Source of the DNA: Minisyncoccota bacterium
GTDB taxonomy: Bacteria > Patescibacteriota > Minisyncoccia > Phycocordibacterales > UBA9973
Assembly: GCA_041650615.1 (NCBI GenBank)
Contig: JBAZKU010000001.1
Location: 249,216 to 313,215, forward strand
Direction: 5' to 3'
DNA length: 64,000 nucleotides
The notes beneath the pieces were generated by a model. It searched no databases, was not told where the DNA came from, and saw nothing but the letters and a program-made list of their open reading frames with translations. The position numbers and the translations under genes were made by a program. Below, piece by piece: positions 26,205 through 36,095 of this stretch; position 1 is the stretch's first letter, and each line of letters opens with the position of its first letter.

Positions 26205-28886
26205 TTACTTAAAAATCCTTTGAATTCTGCGGGCAAAGAATTTTCTAATTTCTTCAACAAATATAATAGATAATGCGATTGAAATAATGATAAGCCAATC
26301 AAACCGCCCTAATGAAACGGTGTGCAGTATTTTTTGCAGAACCGGCGTATATACTGCCAACAATTGCAAAACGATAACAATAAAGGTTGCCCCTAATAAA
26401 AATTTGTTTGAGAAGGGATTTGATTGAAAAATTGATTTTGAATCCGATCGGCAATTCCATGCATTAAACCATTGAAATACTGCGAGAGTTGTAAGGGAAA
26501 TGGTCCATGCTTTCTCTGTGTCTATATCAATATATTTCTGAAAGAGGAAAAGCGTGCCAATCATCATAGGGATAGCCATTAGAATCATTCTTTGCAACAT
26601 CAGTTTATCAATAAGGTATTTTTTAGGTCGCTCAAATTTGCCGGATAAAAGCCTGTCCTCTTTTGGTTCCATAGCAAGCGACACATCCAAAAAGCCATCT
26701 GTCACAAGATTGAGCCAAATAATCTGAGCAGCCAGTATCGGCAAGGGCATTCCAAAAAGCAAAGCTCCGATTATGGTGAATACTTCTCCGATGCTGGTTG
26801 AAAAAAGATATAGGATTACTTTCTTTATGGTTTTATATATGCTTCTTCCTTCTTCAACAGCAGAAACGATACTGCCAAAATTATCATCAAGAAGCACGAT
26901 ATCAGCCGCTTCTTTCGCCACTTCGGTGCCAATATTCCCCATCGCTACGCCGAGATCGGCAGCGACAAGAGATGGAGCATCGTTGACTCCATCTCCGGTC
27001 ATTGCGATAATCTCCCCGCGTTTTTTGAATGCATTAATAATTTTTAATTTGTGCTCGGGTGTTACTCTGGCAAAAACTGTGGTTTGGGATAATTTATCTG
27101 AAAGCTCATAATCGTTCATTGCATCAATTTCGCTTCCAGTGAGTATTTCATCTCCATTATGATAGATGTCGGCTTCGCGGGCAATAGCCATAGCAGTAAT
27201 CTTGTGGTCGCCGGTAATCATGATAACTTTTATACCTGCTTCTTGGGCTCGATCCATTGCCTCTTTAACTTCAAGACGCAAGACATCCTTCATAGCCAAA
27301 AAACCGATAAAAGTAAGATTAGAAATTGATTGCGGATTGGATAGGTCTTTAGTATTTTCATCAGTACCAACTGCAACAACCCGCTGTCCCAGCAAGGACA
27401 TTTTTATTAATATTTCTTCCAGTTTTTTTCTATCTTCTTCCAATATTAAACGCGTCCCTTCTGCGCTTATTATATTTTTTGAAAGTTTAATAATATTTTC
27501 TGGCGCGCCAATTACCGTCAATAGATTTTTATTTTCAATGGAGTTAATAACTGCATGATATTTGAGTTTATAGTCAAAAGGCATTTCTTGCAAAAGTGGC
27601 GATTCGGTAAGTAAATCTTCTTTATTAAATCCAATTTTTCTCGCAAAGACTATCATCGCCGCTTCGGTCGGATCGCCTGCAATATTCCATTTTTTTTCAT
27701 TATCAGAAGATATGATGAGACGAGCGTTGGCGCACAAAGCGGTAGCTTTAGCAATCATAAGCAATTCAGGGTGATTTACGGCATCAATAACATTATTTCC
27801 AAATGTTATATTCCCCGTAGGTTCATAACCCACACCGCCGACATCAAACAATTTATCCGCAACCCACACTTGCCGTACAACCAATTCATTTTTTGTAATA
27901 GTGCCGGTTTTATCCACAGCGATAACTCGCGCCTGGCCAAGCGCTTCTACTGCTTGAAGTTTTTTTACTAATGCATTGCGTTTGGACATCCGCCAAACTC
28001 CGGTTGCCAACACTAAAGTCATGACGATAGGCAATCCTTCAGGGATAATAGACACCGAAAGCGATACAACGATGGTAAACATCGTTCGTATTGATTCTCC
28101 GGTTGCAATACCGATCCCAAATAACACTGTGCAAATTATTCCCACTGCAATAATAATTGCCCGAGTTAAATATCTGATGTTTGCCTTCAGTGGAATTTCT
28201 GTATCAATAGAAGAGATTTCTTTAGCTATTTTGCCAATAGCCGTGAAAGACCCTGTTCCTACGACAACAGCCCTTCCGTTTCCGGAAACAATATGCGTGC
28301 CCTTGAACAGCATATTTTTTTGATCAGCGGTAGAAACTTCTTGTTTAAGCGCTTCTGCTGTTTTGTAAACGGGCTCTGATTCTCCGGTCAGCGATGCTTC
28401 ATCCGCCTTAAGATTTTGCGATAAAATGACTCGCGCATCCGCCGGGATTTTTTCTCCCTCCTCCAGATTTATAATATCCCCCGGCACTACTTCACGATCC
28501 GAAATAATGGATTCTGTACCGTTACGTAATACTGTTGCTTTTGTTTCAACAAACTTTTTCAGAGCATTAAGGGTATTCTGAGCTTTGCCTTCTTGGATTG
28601 TTCCAACAATTGCATTGAAAACAAGCACAGCGAAAATAATGCATGCATCTGTCGTTTCACCTATGAGATATGTAATAATACTGGCTCCAAGCAATACGAA
28701 AATAAGGGGACTATTGAATTGCCCAAGGAAAATTTGAAATAGAGAAATTTTTTTCTTTTCCGGTAAAGTATTTAATCCATATTGTTTAATTCGATTTTGG
28801 ACCTCATTAAAAGAAAGCCCATGCAATGATGTATTGAGTTTTTTAAATATTTGTTCCTGCGATAATAAATGCCATTCTGTCTCCAT
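26205..28886 (-). CDS. P-type cation-transporting ATPase (Ca2+-type)
   Basis: LTGES, PEGLP, DKTGT, TGDGVNDAP. Confidence 0.96.
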   Translation of the reverse strand: METEWHLLSQEQIFKKLNTSLHGLSFNEVQNRIKQYGLNTLPEKKKISLFQIFLGQFNSPLIFVLLGASIITYLIGETTDACIIFAVLVFNAIVGTIQEGKAQNTLNALKKFVETKATVLRNGTESIISDREVVPGDIINLEEGEKIPADARVILSQNLKADEASLTGESEPVYKTAEALKQEVSTADQKNMLFKGTHIVSGNGRAVVVGTGSFTAIGKIAKEISSIDTEIPLKANIRYLTRAIIIAVGIICTVLFGIGIATGESIRTMFTIVVSLSVSIIPEGLPIVMTLVLATGVWRMSKRNALVKKLQAVEALGQARVIAVDKTGTITKNELVVRQVWVADKLFDVGGVGYEPTGNITFGNNVIDAVNHPELLMIAKATALCANARLIISSDNEKKWNIAGDPTEAAMIVFARKIGFNKEDLLTESPLLQEMPFDYKLKYHAVINSIENKNLLTVIGAPENIIKLSKNIISAEGTRLILEEDRKKLEEILIKMSLLGQRVVAVGTDENTKDLSNPQSISNLTFIGFLAMKDVLRLEVKEAMDRAQEAGIKVIMITGDHKITAMAIAREADIYHNGDEILTGSEIDAMNDYELSDKLSQTTVFARVTPEHKLKIINAFKKRGEIIAMTGDGVNDAPSLVAADLGVAMGNIGTEVAKEAADIVLLDDNFGSIVSAVEEGRSIYKTIKKVILYLFSTSIGEVFTIIGALLFGMPLPILAAQIIWLNLVTDGFLDVSLAMEPKEDRLLSGKFERPKKYLIDKLMLQRMILMAIPMMIGTLFLFQKYIDIDTEKAWTISLTTLAVFQWFNAWNCRSDSKSIFQSNPFSNKFLLGATFIVIVLQLLAVYTPVLQKILHTVSLGRFDWLIIISIALSIIFVEEIRKFFARRIQRIFK

Positions 28887-28928
28887 AGTAATTATTATAA
28901 CCGATAGATTAAAAAATGGCTTGTTTTT

Positions 28929-29714
28929 CTAATTCACAAAAGATAATAACCAATCAAGGAAAGAATTCATTTCTGATTGGTTGCGAAGATGCCATTTCGC
29001 CGAACTTTTATTATTTTTACCCACGCGAATAGTTATTCCGCTTTTTCGAAGAATAGAAAAGGCATCTTCGTCTGTTTGTCCATCGCCTACATAAATAGGC
29101 ATTACTTTTCTATCCAATTTATTTTGTATAATTTTTAGCGCCAAAAGACAGGCAGTTCCTTTATTTACTTTTATTTTGGGAAGCAATTCAAATGTCTTTT
29201 TATCCAAACGTGTTTCAAGCAATCCATCTCTTTTTATATCTTTTTGAATTTTTCTAAAAATAGATTCCAAGCGCTTAATTTTATTTTTTTTGACAAAACG
29301 ATATCCCAAAGCGAATACGTATTTTTTGTCTTCAAAAATTATTTCCGGATATGCTTCGCATTTTTTTATTAATTCTTTTTTTGCTTTTAGTAATGCTTTT
29401 TTTGTATCAACGGACAAAGACATAAATTCATACTTTTTATTTAAATTATGTTCCAATCCGTGATTCCCCACATAAAGTATATTTTTTATATTCACTCTTT
29501 TTTTTATATCGCTTAATTTTCTTCCAGAAATAATAACAACAGGGATATGGGAGACAATTTCTTTTAATTTTTCTTTAGTATCTTTTGGTAAAAATGCACT
29601 ATTGGGATTTTTAGCCAAAGGTGAAAGGGTTAAGTCAAAGTCAAAAAATAGCGCCAATATGTTAGAGCGCAATTTGCGCGCAATTTGTGTTTTGTAATCA
29701 AAAATATATTTCAT
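28929..29714 (-). CDS. otsB: Trehalose-6-phosphate phosphatase
   Basis: DFDLTL, ISGR, GNHGLE, NKG, GDGQTDEDAF; close to otsA; start uncertain (29714 or 29762). Confidence 0.88.
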   Translation of the reverse strand: MKYIFDYKTQIARKLRSNILALFFDFDLTLSPLAKNPNSAFLPKDTKEKLKEIVSHIPVVIISGRKLSDIKKRVNIKNILYVGNHGLEHNLNKKYEFMSLSVDTKKALLKAKKELIKKCEAYPEIIFEDKKYVFALGYRFVKKNKIKRLESIFRKIQKDIKRDGLLETRLDKKTFELLPKIKVNKGTACLLALKIIQNKLDRKVMPIYVGDGQTDEDAFSILRKSGITIRVGKNNKSSAKWHLRNQSEMNSFLDWLLSFVN

Positions 29715-29795
29715 TATAGTTTTGATTATACATGCAGGCGCAAAAATGTAAACTATCTTCATTGAATTTTTTGAAAAAATGTTATAGCATTAGGT

Positions 29796-30452
29796 ATGAA
29801 ATATTTATTTCTTGATTTAGATGGCACGATTTCTAAAAGTAGACAAAAGGCGGAAATTAATATGCTTAGAGAATTACAGCGTATAAGTAAAAAATATAAG
29901 ATATTCATTGTGTCTGGCGCAGAATATTCAAGAATGCTTTTACAGGCTCCAGTAAAAAATGTTGTTTATATGGCGCAAAACGCAAATGATGTCCGTAAAA
30001 ACGGAAAGGTTTTATGGACCAATCAACTTTCAAACAAAAAAGATATTTTGGAACACATTAAGTTAATAGCAAAGAAATTCGGGTTCAAATTAGGTGAAGA
30101 CAATATAGAAGACAGGGGTTCTCAAATAGTTGTTTCATTTACAGGTTTTCGTGCCCCGCAAGAATTAAAAAATAAATTTGATCCTGATAGAAAAATAAGA
30201 ATGGAAATGTTGCGAAAATTCCCTCACCCTAATGCTTATGTGGCAGGTCTTACAGGTATTGATTTTATACCAAAAACCAAAGGGGAAAACATACAAAAAT
30301 ATCTTAAATTAATGAAAATAAAAAGTTCTGATTGCCTATATATCGGAGACGCATTAGAAAAAGGCGCAAATGATGAGTCGGTTTGCGGAATAATTCCAAC
30401 TTTTGCGGTTAAAAACCCAAAAGACACATTGCAATTTATTAAACAAATATGA
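29796..30452 (+). CDS. HAD-IIB hydrolase, phosphomannomutase-like
   Basis: DLDGT, IEDRGSQI, FDPD...R, GDALEKGAND. Confidence 0.8.
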   Translation: MKYLFLDLDGTISKSRQKAEINMLRELQRISKKYKIFIVSGAEYSRMLLQAPVKNVVYMAQNANDVRKNGKVLWTNQLSNKKDILEHIKLIAKKFGFKLGEDNIEDRGSQIVVSFTGFRAPQELKNKFDPDRKIRMEMLRKFPHPNAYVAGLTGIDFIPKTKGENIQKYLKLMKIKSSDCLYIGDALEKGANDESVCGIIPTFAVKNPKDTLQFIKQI

Positions 30453-30880
30453 TAAAAGGATTTACTTGCGGGGCTATGGATTTACTGCACGCGGGCCACG
30501 TGCTGATGCTGAAAGAATGCAGAGAACAATGCGATTATTTGATAGTTGGTCTTCAGGATGACCCATCAATAACTGATGTATCATATCGTGGCAAAAAGAA
30601 AAATAAACCAATAGAAACCCTAGAAGAAAGAAAAATACGACTTGAGGGTTGTAAGTATGTGGATCAAATTATAGTTTACAAAACAGAAGAAGATCTGTAT
30701 GAATTGCTTAAAAATCTTAAACCGGATGTTCGTTTTGTGGGAATGGATTGGAAAGGTAAACATGTAACCGGGGATAATTTAATAGATATTAAAATTATTT
30801 ACAATAGTCGTGGACACAATTATTCCAGCAGTGATTTGCGACGAAGAATTGCGGACGCGGAGAAAAATAAAGAAGAATAA
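30449..30880 (+). CDS. Glycerol-3-phosphate cytidylyltransferase-like protein
   Basis: GAMDLLHAGH, G-DW, RGHNYSSS. Confidence 0.85.
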   Translation: MIKGFTCGAMDLLHAGHVLMLKECREQCDYLIVGLQDDPSITDVSYRGKKKNKPIETLEERKIRLEGCKYVDQIIVYKTEEDLYELLKNLKPDVRFVGMDWKGKHVTGDNLIDIKIIYNSRGHNYSSSDLRRRIADAEKNKEE

Positions 30881-30894
30881 AATATAGATTTAAA

Positions 30895-33135
30895 TTACCT
30901 AAGATTGATAACCGCTCGGATAAATTCAGCAGACCAGCGGAAAACATTATAACTTTTTACAGATTCGCGCATCTTTTTCATCCTTTTGTGCTGTTCAGGC
31001 AATGGCATGCTTAAAGCGACATTCAGGGCTTCAGATGTTTCCTCGGCGCTATATGGGTTTATAACAATAGCCCCCCTAAGATCCCTAACAGCGCCGGTAA
31101 ATTTGCTTAACACTAAAACACCTTTTTCATCATCTCGCGCCGCGACATATTCTTTGGCCACTAAATTCATACCGTCATGAAGCGACGTTACCATACAGAC
31201 ATCCGCAACTTTGAAAAGGGCGCCTAGTTCTTCATGTGTATGATATTCTTTCAATAAAACAATTGGTTGCCATGTTTTTGTCTGGAACTTTTCATTAATA
31301 CGCAGAGCTTCTTTTGTCACTTCTTCACTAAATTGTTTGTATTTCGGCACACTCTCGCGAGAAGGCGATGCTATTTGCAAGAATGTAAAATTATTTTTAT
31401 ATGAAGGATAAGTGTCCAGAAAAAATTCTATCGCTTTAAATCTTTCAAGTAATCCTTTTGTATAATCCATCCTGTCAACTCCCAAACCGATATACTTGCT
31501 ATGGATATCAAGCTTTTCTAAAAACTTTTTCCCAACTTTTTTATCATACAATACATCATTGCCGCTATCAGTGAAAGCAATACTGATTGGAAACGATTTA
31601 ATGTAACTCGTGTGATTTTGATAAGTCACGGTAAACTGCTCAAGGTCGCACAAAGATTCTAATTCTTTACTAACAGTATCTATAAAATTATTACAGAATT
31701 GCTGAATATGGAAACCGACAATATCCGCGCCAAGCATTCCTCGCAGTATTTCCTTGCGCCAAGGACAAACACTAAAAGCTTCAGAACTCGGCCATGGTAT
31801 ATGCCAAAAGATACCTGTCTGCGCGTCCGGTCTGCTTGCTTTTATCATCTGTGGAATTAACGCAAGGTGAAAATCTTGGACCAAAATAATAGGATTTGGC
31901 ACAGATTTTATTTCAGCTAGAATGCTTTCAGTAAACTTCTCATTTACATGGCAGTACCTCAACCAATCATCCTTACGAAAAATAGGACGATTGTGCACCA
32001 TATGACAAAGCGGCCATATGGCTTCATTAGAAAATCCTTCATAATATCCCTTAACTTCTTGATCGGAAAGCCAGATTCTTTTTAAGATATATTTTGGTTC
32101 TTGAGGGGGTACTTTAATCTTATTGTCTTTATCAACAGTTTGTTTATCTGCGTCTCCGCTACCCCAAGCAATCCAGGTACCTCCGCAAGCTTTTATGACT
32201 GATTCAATAGCAGTAATCATTCCACTTGCAGGTACTTTGTAATTTATCTTTCCTTTTGAATTGAAATGCTCATAAGGTTCACGATTAGACACAACAAAAA
32301 CGGGTCTGTCTTTTAGATGTGCTTTGGTAAATTCAGACAAGCGTTCAGCTGTCCACGGAGTGTCAAGTTTTTCCAAACGCATTCGGGCCTCCTCTCGAGC
32401 TGATAAACGTGCTTGAAGTAAACTTTTAGTAATATGAGTAATTTCTTTTGCCAGCGGAGTAAAAAAGGAATATTTCCCTTCGTCTTTAAAACTTTCTTTG
32501 CTTTCCCCCATTCTGATTTTTTTCACAGATTCTACTAGACGAATAACTTGGCGAAAAACAAAAAATCTCAAAATTATGAAAATAGTGATTGAAAATATTA
32601 TTATCTGAATAAATAATCGTAATAAATTACCCTTCCAAATTTCTCTGATACTGGTATTTATATACCCCGCGTTTTGCACTATCATAAGGGCGCCTACTAT
32701 ACTTTCATTATTATGTAATGGGTCAACATGCACATAGCGTGTTTCTCCCTCGGCATCAAAAAAATCATTATTTGAAGTATTACTATCCATTGCTTCAGCA
32801 ACAATTTTAGTATTCTCAATTATAGTTTTTGGCAAGCCAGAAGAAGTGGCCAGGAGTGTCCCTTTATTATCATAGAGAGCGATCCCTGCCAATCGTTCGC
32901 GGTTAGCAAATTTATTTACAACTTTCTGGAGAGAATTTTGGAAAGAGGGCTGTGAAGAATTAGCATAATAAGGTTCAACAGATTCTTTCAAGCTATCAGC
33001 AAGCAGAGAAGCTCGTTGCTCTAAATTAGTCGTTAGGGTTGCTCTTTCTTCATCCACTTGACTGAGGTTGAACCCAAGAGCGACTGAACTTACAGCTATA
33101 ACAACACTACCAATAATGACAAAAATATATTTCAT
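30895..33135 (-). CDS. otsA: Trehalose-6-phosphate synthase (GT20) with N-terminal membrane sensor-like module
   Basis: VSNREP, YYEGFSN, QDFH, HIPWP, GVDRMDYTKG, DGMNLVAKE; N-terminal TM-extracellular-TM. Confidence 0.92.
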   Translation of the reverse strand: MKYIFVIIGSVVIAVSSVALGFNLSQVDEERATLTTNLEQRASLLADSLKESVEPYYANSSQPSFQNSLQKVVNKFANRERLAGIALYDNKGTLLATSSGLPKTIIENTKIVAEAMDSNTSNNDFFDAEGETRYVHVDPLHNNESIVGALMIVQNAGYINTSIREIWKGNLLRLFIQIIIFSITIFIILRFFVFRQVIRLVESVKKIRMGESKESFKDEGKYSFFTPLAKEITHITKSLLQARLSAREEARMRLEKLDTPWTAERLSEFTKAHLKDRPVFVVSNREPYEHFNSKGKINYKVPASGMITAIESVIKACGGTWIAWGSGDADKQTVDKDNKIKVPPQEPKYILKRIWLSDQEVKGYYEGFSNEAIWPLCHMVHNRPIFRKDDWLRYCHVNEKFTESILAEIKSVPNPIILVQDFHLALIPQMIKASRPDAQTGIFWHIPWPSSEAFSVCPWRKEILRGMLGADIVGFHIQQFCNNFIDTVSKELESLCDLEQFTVTYQNHTSYIKSFPISIAFTDSGNDVLYDKKVGKKFLEKLDIHSKYIGLGVDRMDYTKGLLERFKAIEFFLDTYPSYKNNFTFLQIASPSRESVPKYKQFSEEVTKEALRINEKFQTKTWQPIVLLKEYHTHEELGALFKVADVCMVTSLHDGMNLVAKEYVAARDDEKGVLVLSKFTGAVRDLRGAIVINPYSAEETSEALNVALSMPLPEQHKRMKKMRESVKSYNVFRWSAEFIRAVINLR

Positions 33136-33346
33136 AACTTTTTATTGATGTTTAAATGAAACAAATATAAGACAAAAGCCCAAAATATGCATATAATCCT
33201 TAAAAATTTTCATAAATTCATTATATCATAAGATTAACTTATTGCCTGAATTAATAAAAAAAGAAGAAAGGTGGCAATTTATTGATAGAATAATGTGAAA
33301 TACAATAACTGGCAAAAAGTAAACAATAAGTTTAAAATAAATATAT

Positions 33347-33685
33347 ATGGAAAAAGTCCCAAAATTAAATAAAGGAGAAAAGGTTCCAATTAATTGGAGT
33401 CAATTTTTGATTGATAAAATGGATAAAGTCACCGAAGAAGAAATAAAAAAATTCAATGCTTTGCGCATTAAACCCGAGTATAAAGGAATCTTTGAAGAGG
33501 AGCCAACAGATATGCAAATAGGGTTGGTGGCTTTAGACAAGCTTACAGACAACGAGTTGAAAGCGTTAAGCGCTTATCAGAATGAAATATCAAAGAAAAA
33601 AGAATCAAGGGCTTTTCTTGTGGGATTTCATGATGTAGCCAGTAAATTAGCCGCCTTACGTGAAATTACCGGCCGTAAATTTTAA
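33347..33685 (+). CDS. Hypothetical protein
   Basis: 112 aa ORF filling an intergenic gap. Confidence 0.6.
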   Translation: MEKVPKLNKGEKVPINWSQFLIDKMDKVTEEEIKKFNALRIKPEYKGIFEEEPTDMQIGLVALDKLTDNELKALSAYQNEISKKKESRAFLVGFHDVASKLAALREITGRKF

Positions 33686-33792
33686 AGTGAGAAGTCGTTC
33701 AGACTCTAAAAGTCTTTTGGCTCGAATGAGATGTGTGAATAAGTTTGACAGGAAAAAAGTAAAAATATTTTTAAAAAGACCCGAATCGTAAA

Positions 33793-34773
33793 CTACGACT
33801 CGGGTTTCTTTTTTGATTTTTCTTGAATAATTCCTGCTATTGCTCTACGAAGGAGATTAAGATCCTCTTCTGCATCTTGAAGAATCATTACAATGGACTG
33901 CATTTCCTTGGTAGAACGTTCTTTAAAAATTCGTTCAACTTCTTGCTGTTTCATATCCAATATGGTTTCTGTATCAGTGCGAAGCCTATTAATTACTCTC
34001 ATAAGGATTTCATAATCTTTTGACGGCGACCTTCTATTTTTGGAGGTTCCCGCAAGTGATTCAGCTGTTCTGTTTGAACGGATATAATGGAGTGCTTTCC
34101 GTAACGGTAGTTTGTGTTCTATGATATAAGATGCTTTTTCTATCTGGGCTTCAGGAGTAAAATTAGAAAGTGCCACTCCTATTTGGAAAGATATTTTCCT
34201 CTCGTTCATAAAATCTTGCACCGTTTGGCAGAGACGCGTAAATCCGAGATATTGATATACCCAACTTTTTGAATGGGCGACTATTATTGCTACCTTTTCT
34301 ATGGCCGCACTATTCTCTATTTTCTCTTGTCGCATCAAGAAATCTCGAATATAGGCAAGAGCGAAAGTTATTTCAAGCGGTGTGTGAAGTTCACTTCCAA
34401 AGTTTGCTACAACTGAACAGATAAATTGTTCTTCTTTGGACTTTACATCCATCACATAAGCTAGAATAGTTGGTATATTACCAAGAAGACAAGAACGATA
34501 ACGGCGTTCTCCGTCTATCAATTCAAAACAATATTGTCCATCAATTATAGGACGCACCCATATAGGTCTCTTCTGTCCGACAGCTTTCATACTTTCCATG
34601 AGCGCTATTAAACCATCCTTGTTAAAATATTTTCTGGGTTGATCAGCAAAAGGACGGATAAGCCCTATGGGTATTTCGCATATTTTCGCTTCTGAAACAA
34701 CTACCTTAGATTTTAGATCTGAAATCGAATTTGTATGCAAAAGATCAAGCGCCACTTCCTGTTCAGGCTTCAT
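33793..34773 (-). CDS. ParB/Spo0J-like protein (orphan)
   Basis: DQPRKYF, GQKRPI, ELIDGERRYR, HTH-like SKSWVYQYL. Confidence 0.88.
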   Translation of the reverse strand: MKPEQEVALDLLHTNSISDLKSKVVVSEAKICEIPIGLIRPFADQPRKYFNKDGLIALMESMKAVGQKRPIWVRPIIDGQYCFELIDGERRYRSCLLGNIPTILAYVMDVKSKEEQFICSVVANFGSELHTPLEITFALAYIRDFLMRQEKIENSAAIEKVAIIVAHSKSWVYQYLGFTRLCQTVQDFMNERKISFQIGVALSNFTPEAQIEKASYIIEHKLPLRKALHYIRSNRTAESLAGTSKNRRSPSKDYEILMRVINRLRTDTETILDMKQQEVERIFKERSTKEMQSIVMILQDAEEDLNLLRRAIAGIIQEKSKKKPES

Positions 34774-34945
34774 AGATATTCCCTTTCTTTATATTAATTT
34801 TATTGATTTATCATTGCCTTTGAGTGGAAACAAAATAATCCAACAAGTTTATTTTCAAAGACCAAAAATACTTGTATACACACTACAGTTTTAAAGTAAA
34901 AAGTCAAGAGCTCCGAATACGGAAAATACTATCTGGTCTTTTTAT

Positions 34946-35278
34946 TCACAAATTCCTTTTATACCCGTCTATTAAATATAAAATTCCCGGAATAATAGGA
35001 ACAGCCAAATTGACGCTAAGATTTGCTTCCGTCAAAAGTCCGACAACAAAACCGATTACGATTGAAATAACTATAAGCCACCCTCCGACTTTAGGATATT
35101 TCCAACCCAAAGCCAGGCCGATAAAAACCAATGGCATCATAGCCAGTGCGACATTTTCCCATAGAGAATAATTCGGATTAGCAAACGGCAAGGGATTGCC
35201 GTAACCGAAATAAAACGGCAAAGCAAAAATTAAAATGCATAATGCGAGTACTCGAGCAAACCATTTAATTGTTTTCAT
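34946..35278 (-). CDS. Hypothetical 4-TM membrane protein
   Basis: Hydrophobic 110 aa ORF. Confidence 0.7.
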   Translation of the reverse strand: MKTIKWFARVLALCILIFALPFYFGYGNPLPFANPNYSLWENVALAMMPLVFIGLALGWKYPKVGGWLIVISIVIGFVVGLLTEANLSVNLAVPIIPGILYLIDGYKRNL

Positions 35279-35316
35279 ATACTATTATTATAGAATAATA
35301 CCAGATATAACTCAAA

Positions 35317-35340
35317 CTAACTGGCTCCGGGGGTAGGGAT
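35317..35340. repeat. 24-bp direct repeat of the tRNA-Asn 3' end (second copy 44407-44430)
   Basis: CTAACTGGCTCCGGGGGTAGGGAT identical at both sites. Confidence 0.9.
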
Positions 35341-35643
35341 ATCTCCCTCGACTAAAATTTTTTCGTCAAAAAATTTTGTCTGGGCACCGACTCATGGATT
35401 TTTACTGCTGTAAAAATCACATTCCGTCGTTCGATCACCTACACGCACGACAAGCAGTTGTCGTGCTCGCCCGGAAGCATGAAACAAAAAGCCCATACGA
35501 AAGTATGAGTTTTTGTTTTTGCTCCCCTTACTGGACAAGTTCAGAACTGCAAACTGGACTAGAATTAAAAGCGATTTAGAGTTTAGTGGGATATTAGGGC
35601 TATTCCCTAAACTTTTACTTCAGAACTAATAAATAAATTATAC

Positions 35644-36090
35644 TCAAGTTCCTCTTCTAATTTTATTAGTTTCGTAGTGATTTTCAGTTATAGCAACTAC
35701 ATATAAAATCCTTTTTGGCTCAATATCAAAATAAAAAATACGACCAGTGCTTTGTAAAAAGAGTTCTCTTATTTCAATACCTTCATCAATCTTACTATAA
35801 AGCTTTTTATAATCACCCGAGTTTTCTACACTTTCATTTCTTATATTATTTCTTTGAAAATCAGCTCGTGTGTAAACCTTGGTTCCAATTTCTCTTAAAA
35901 TAGAAAGAGCTTTATTCCCTTTATTTTTACCAAGTATGTCTATTTCACAACAATTTTTGTTGTATTTTGAGAAAGATATTAAATAAGGTTTAGTTTCAGG
36001 TTCTTCTGTCTCTTGGGATACTTCGGTCACTTTCTGAGGTATCTCATTATAACTCTCAACCTGTGTAACCTCATCAGGAATTTCTGGCAT
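35644..36090 (-). CDS. Putative toxin downstream of Panacea antitoxin (possibly RelE-like)
   Basis: Operonic with the DUF4065 gene; IRELFL...GRIFY...ILYVVAI C-terminal pattern. Confidence 0.55.
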   Translation of the reverse strand: MPEIPDEVTQVESYNEIPQKVTEVSQETEEPETKPYLISFSKYNKNCCEIDILGKNKGNKALSILREIGTKVYTRADFQRNNIRNESVENSGDYKKLYSKIDEGIEIRELFLQSTGRIFYFDIEPKRILYVVAITENHYETNKIRRGT

Positions 36091-36095
36091 AAGAG

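Noticed and set aside
35376-35579. 67-aa ORF across the structured tRNA-derived region
   Set aside because: TTG start within hairpins; better explained as non-coding structure
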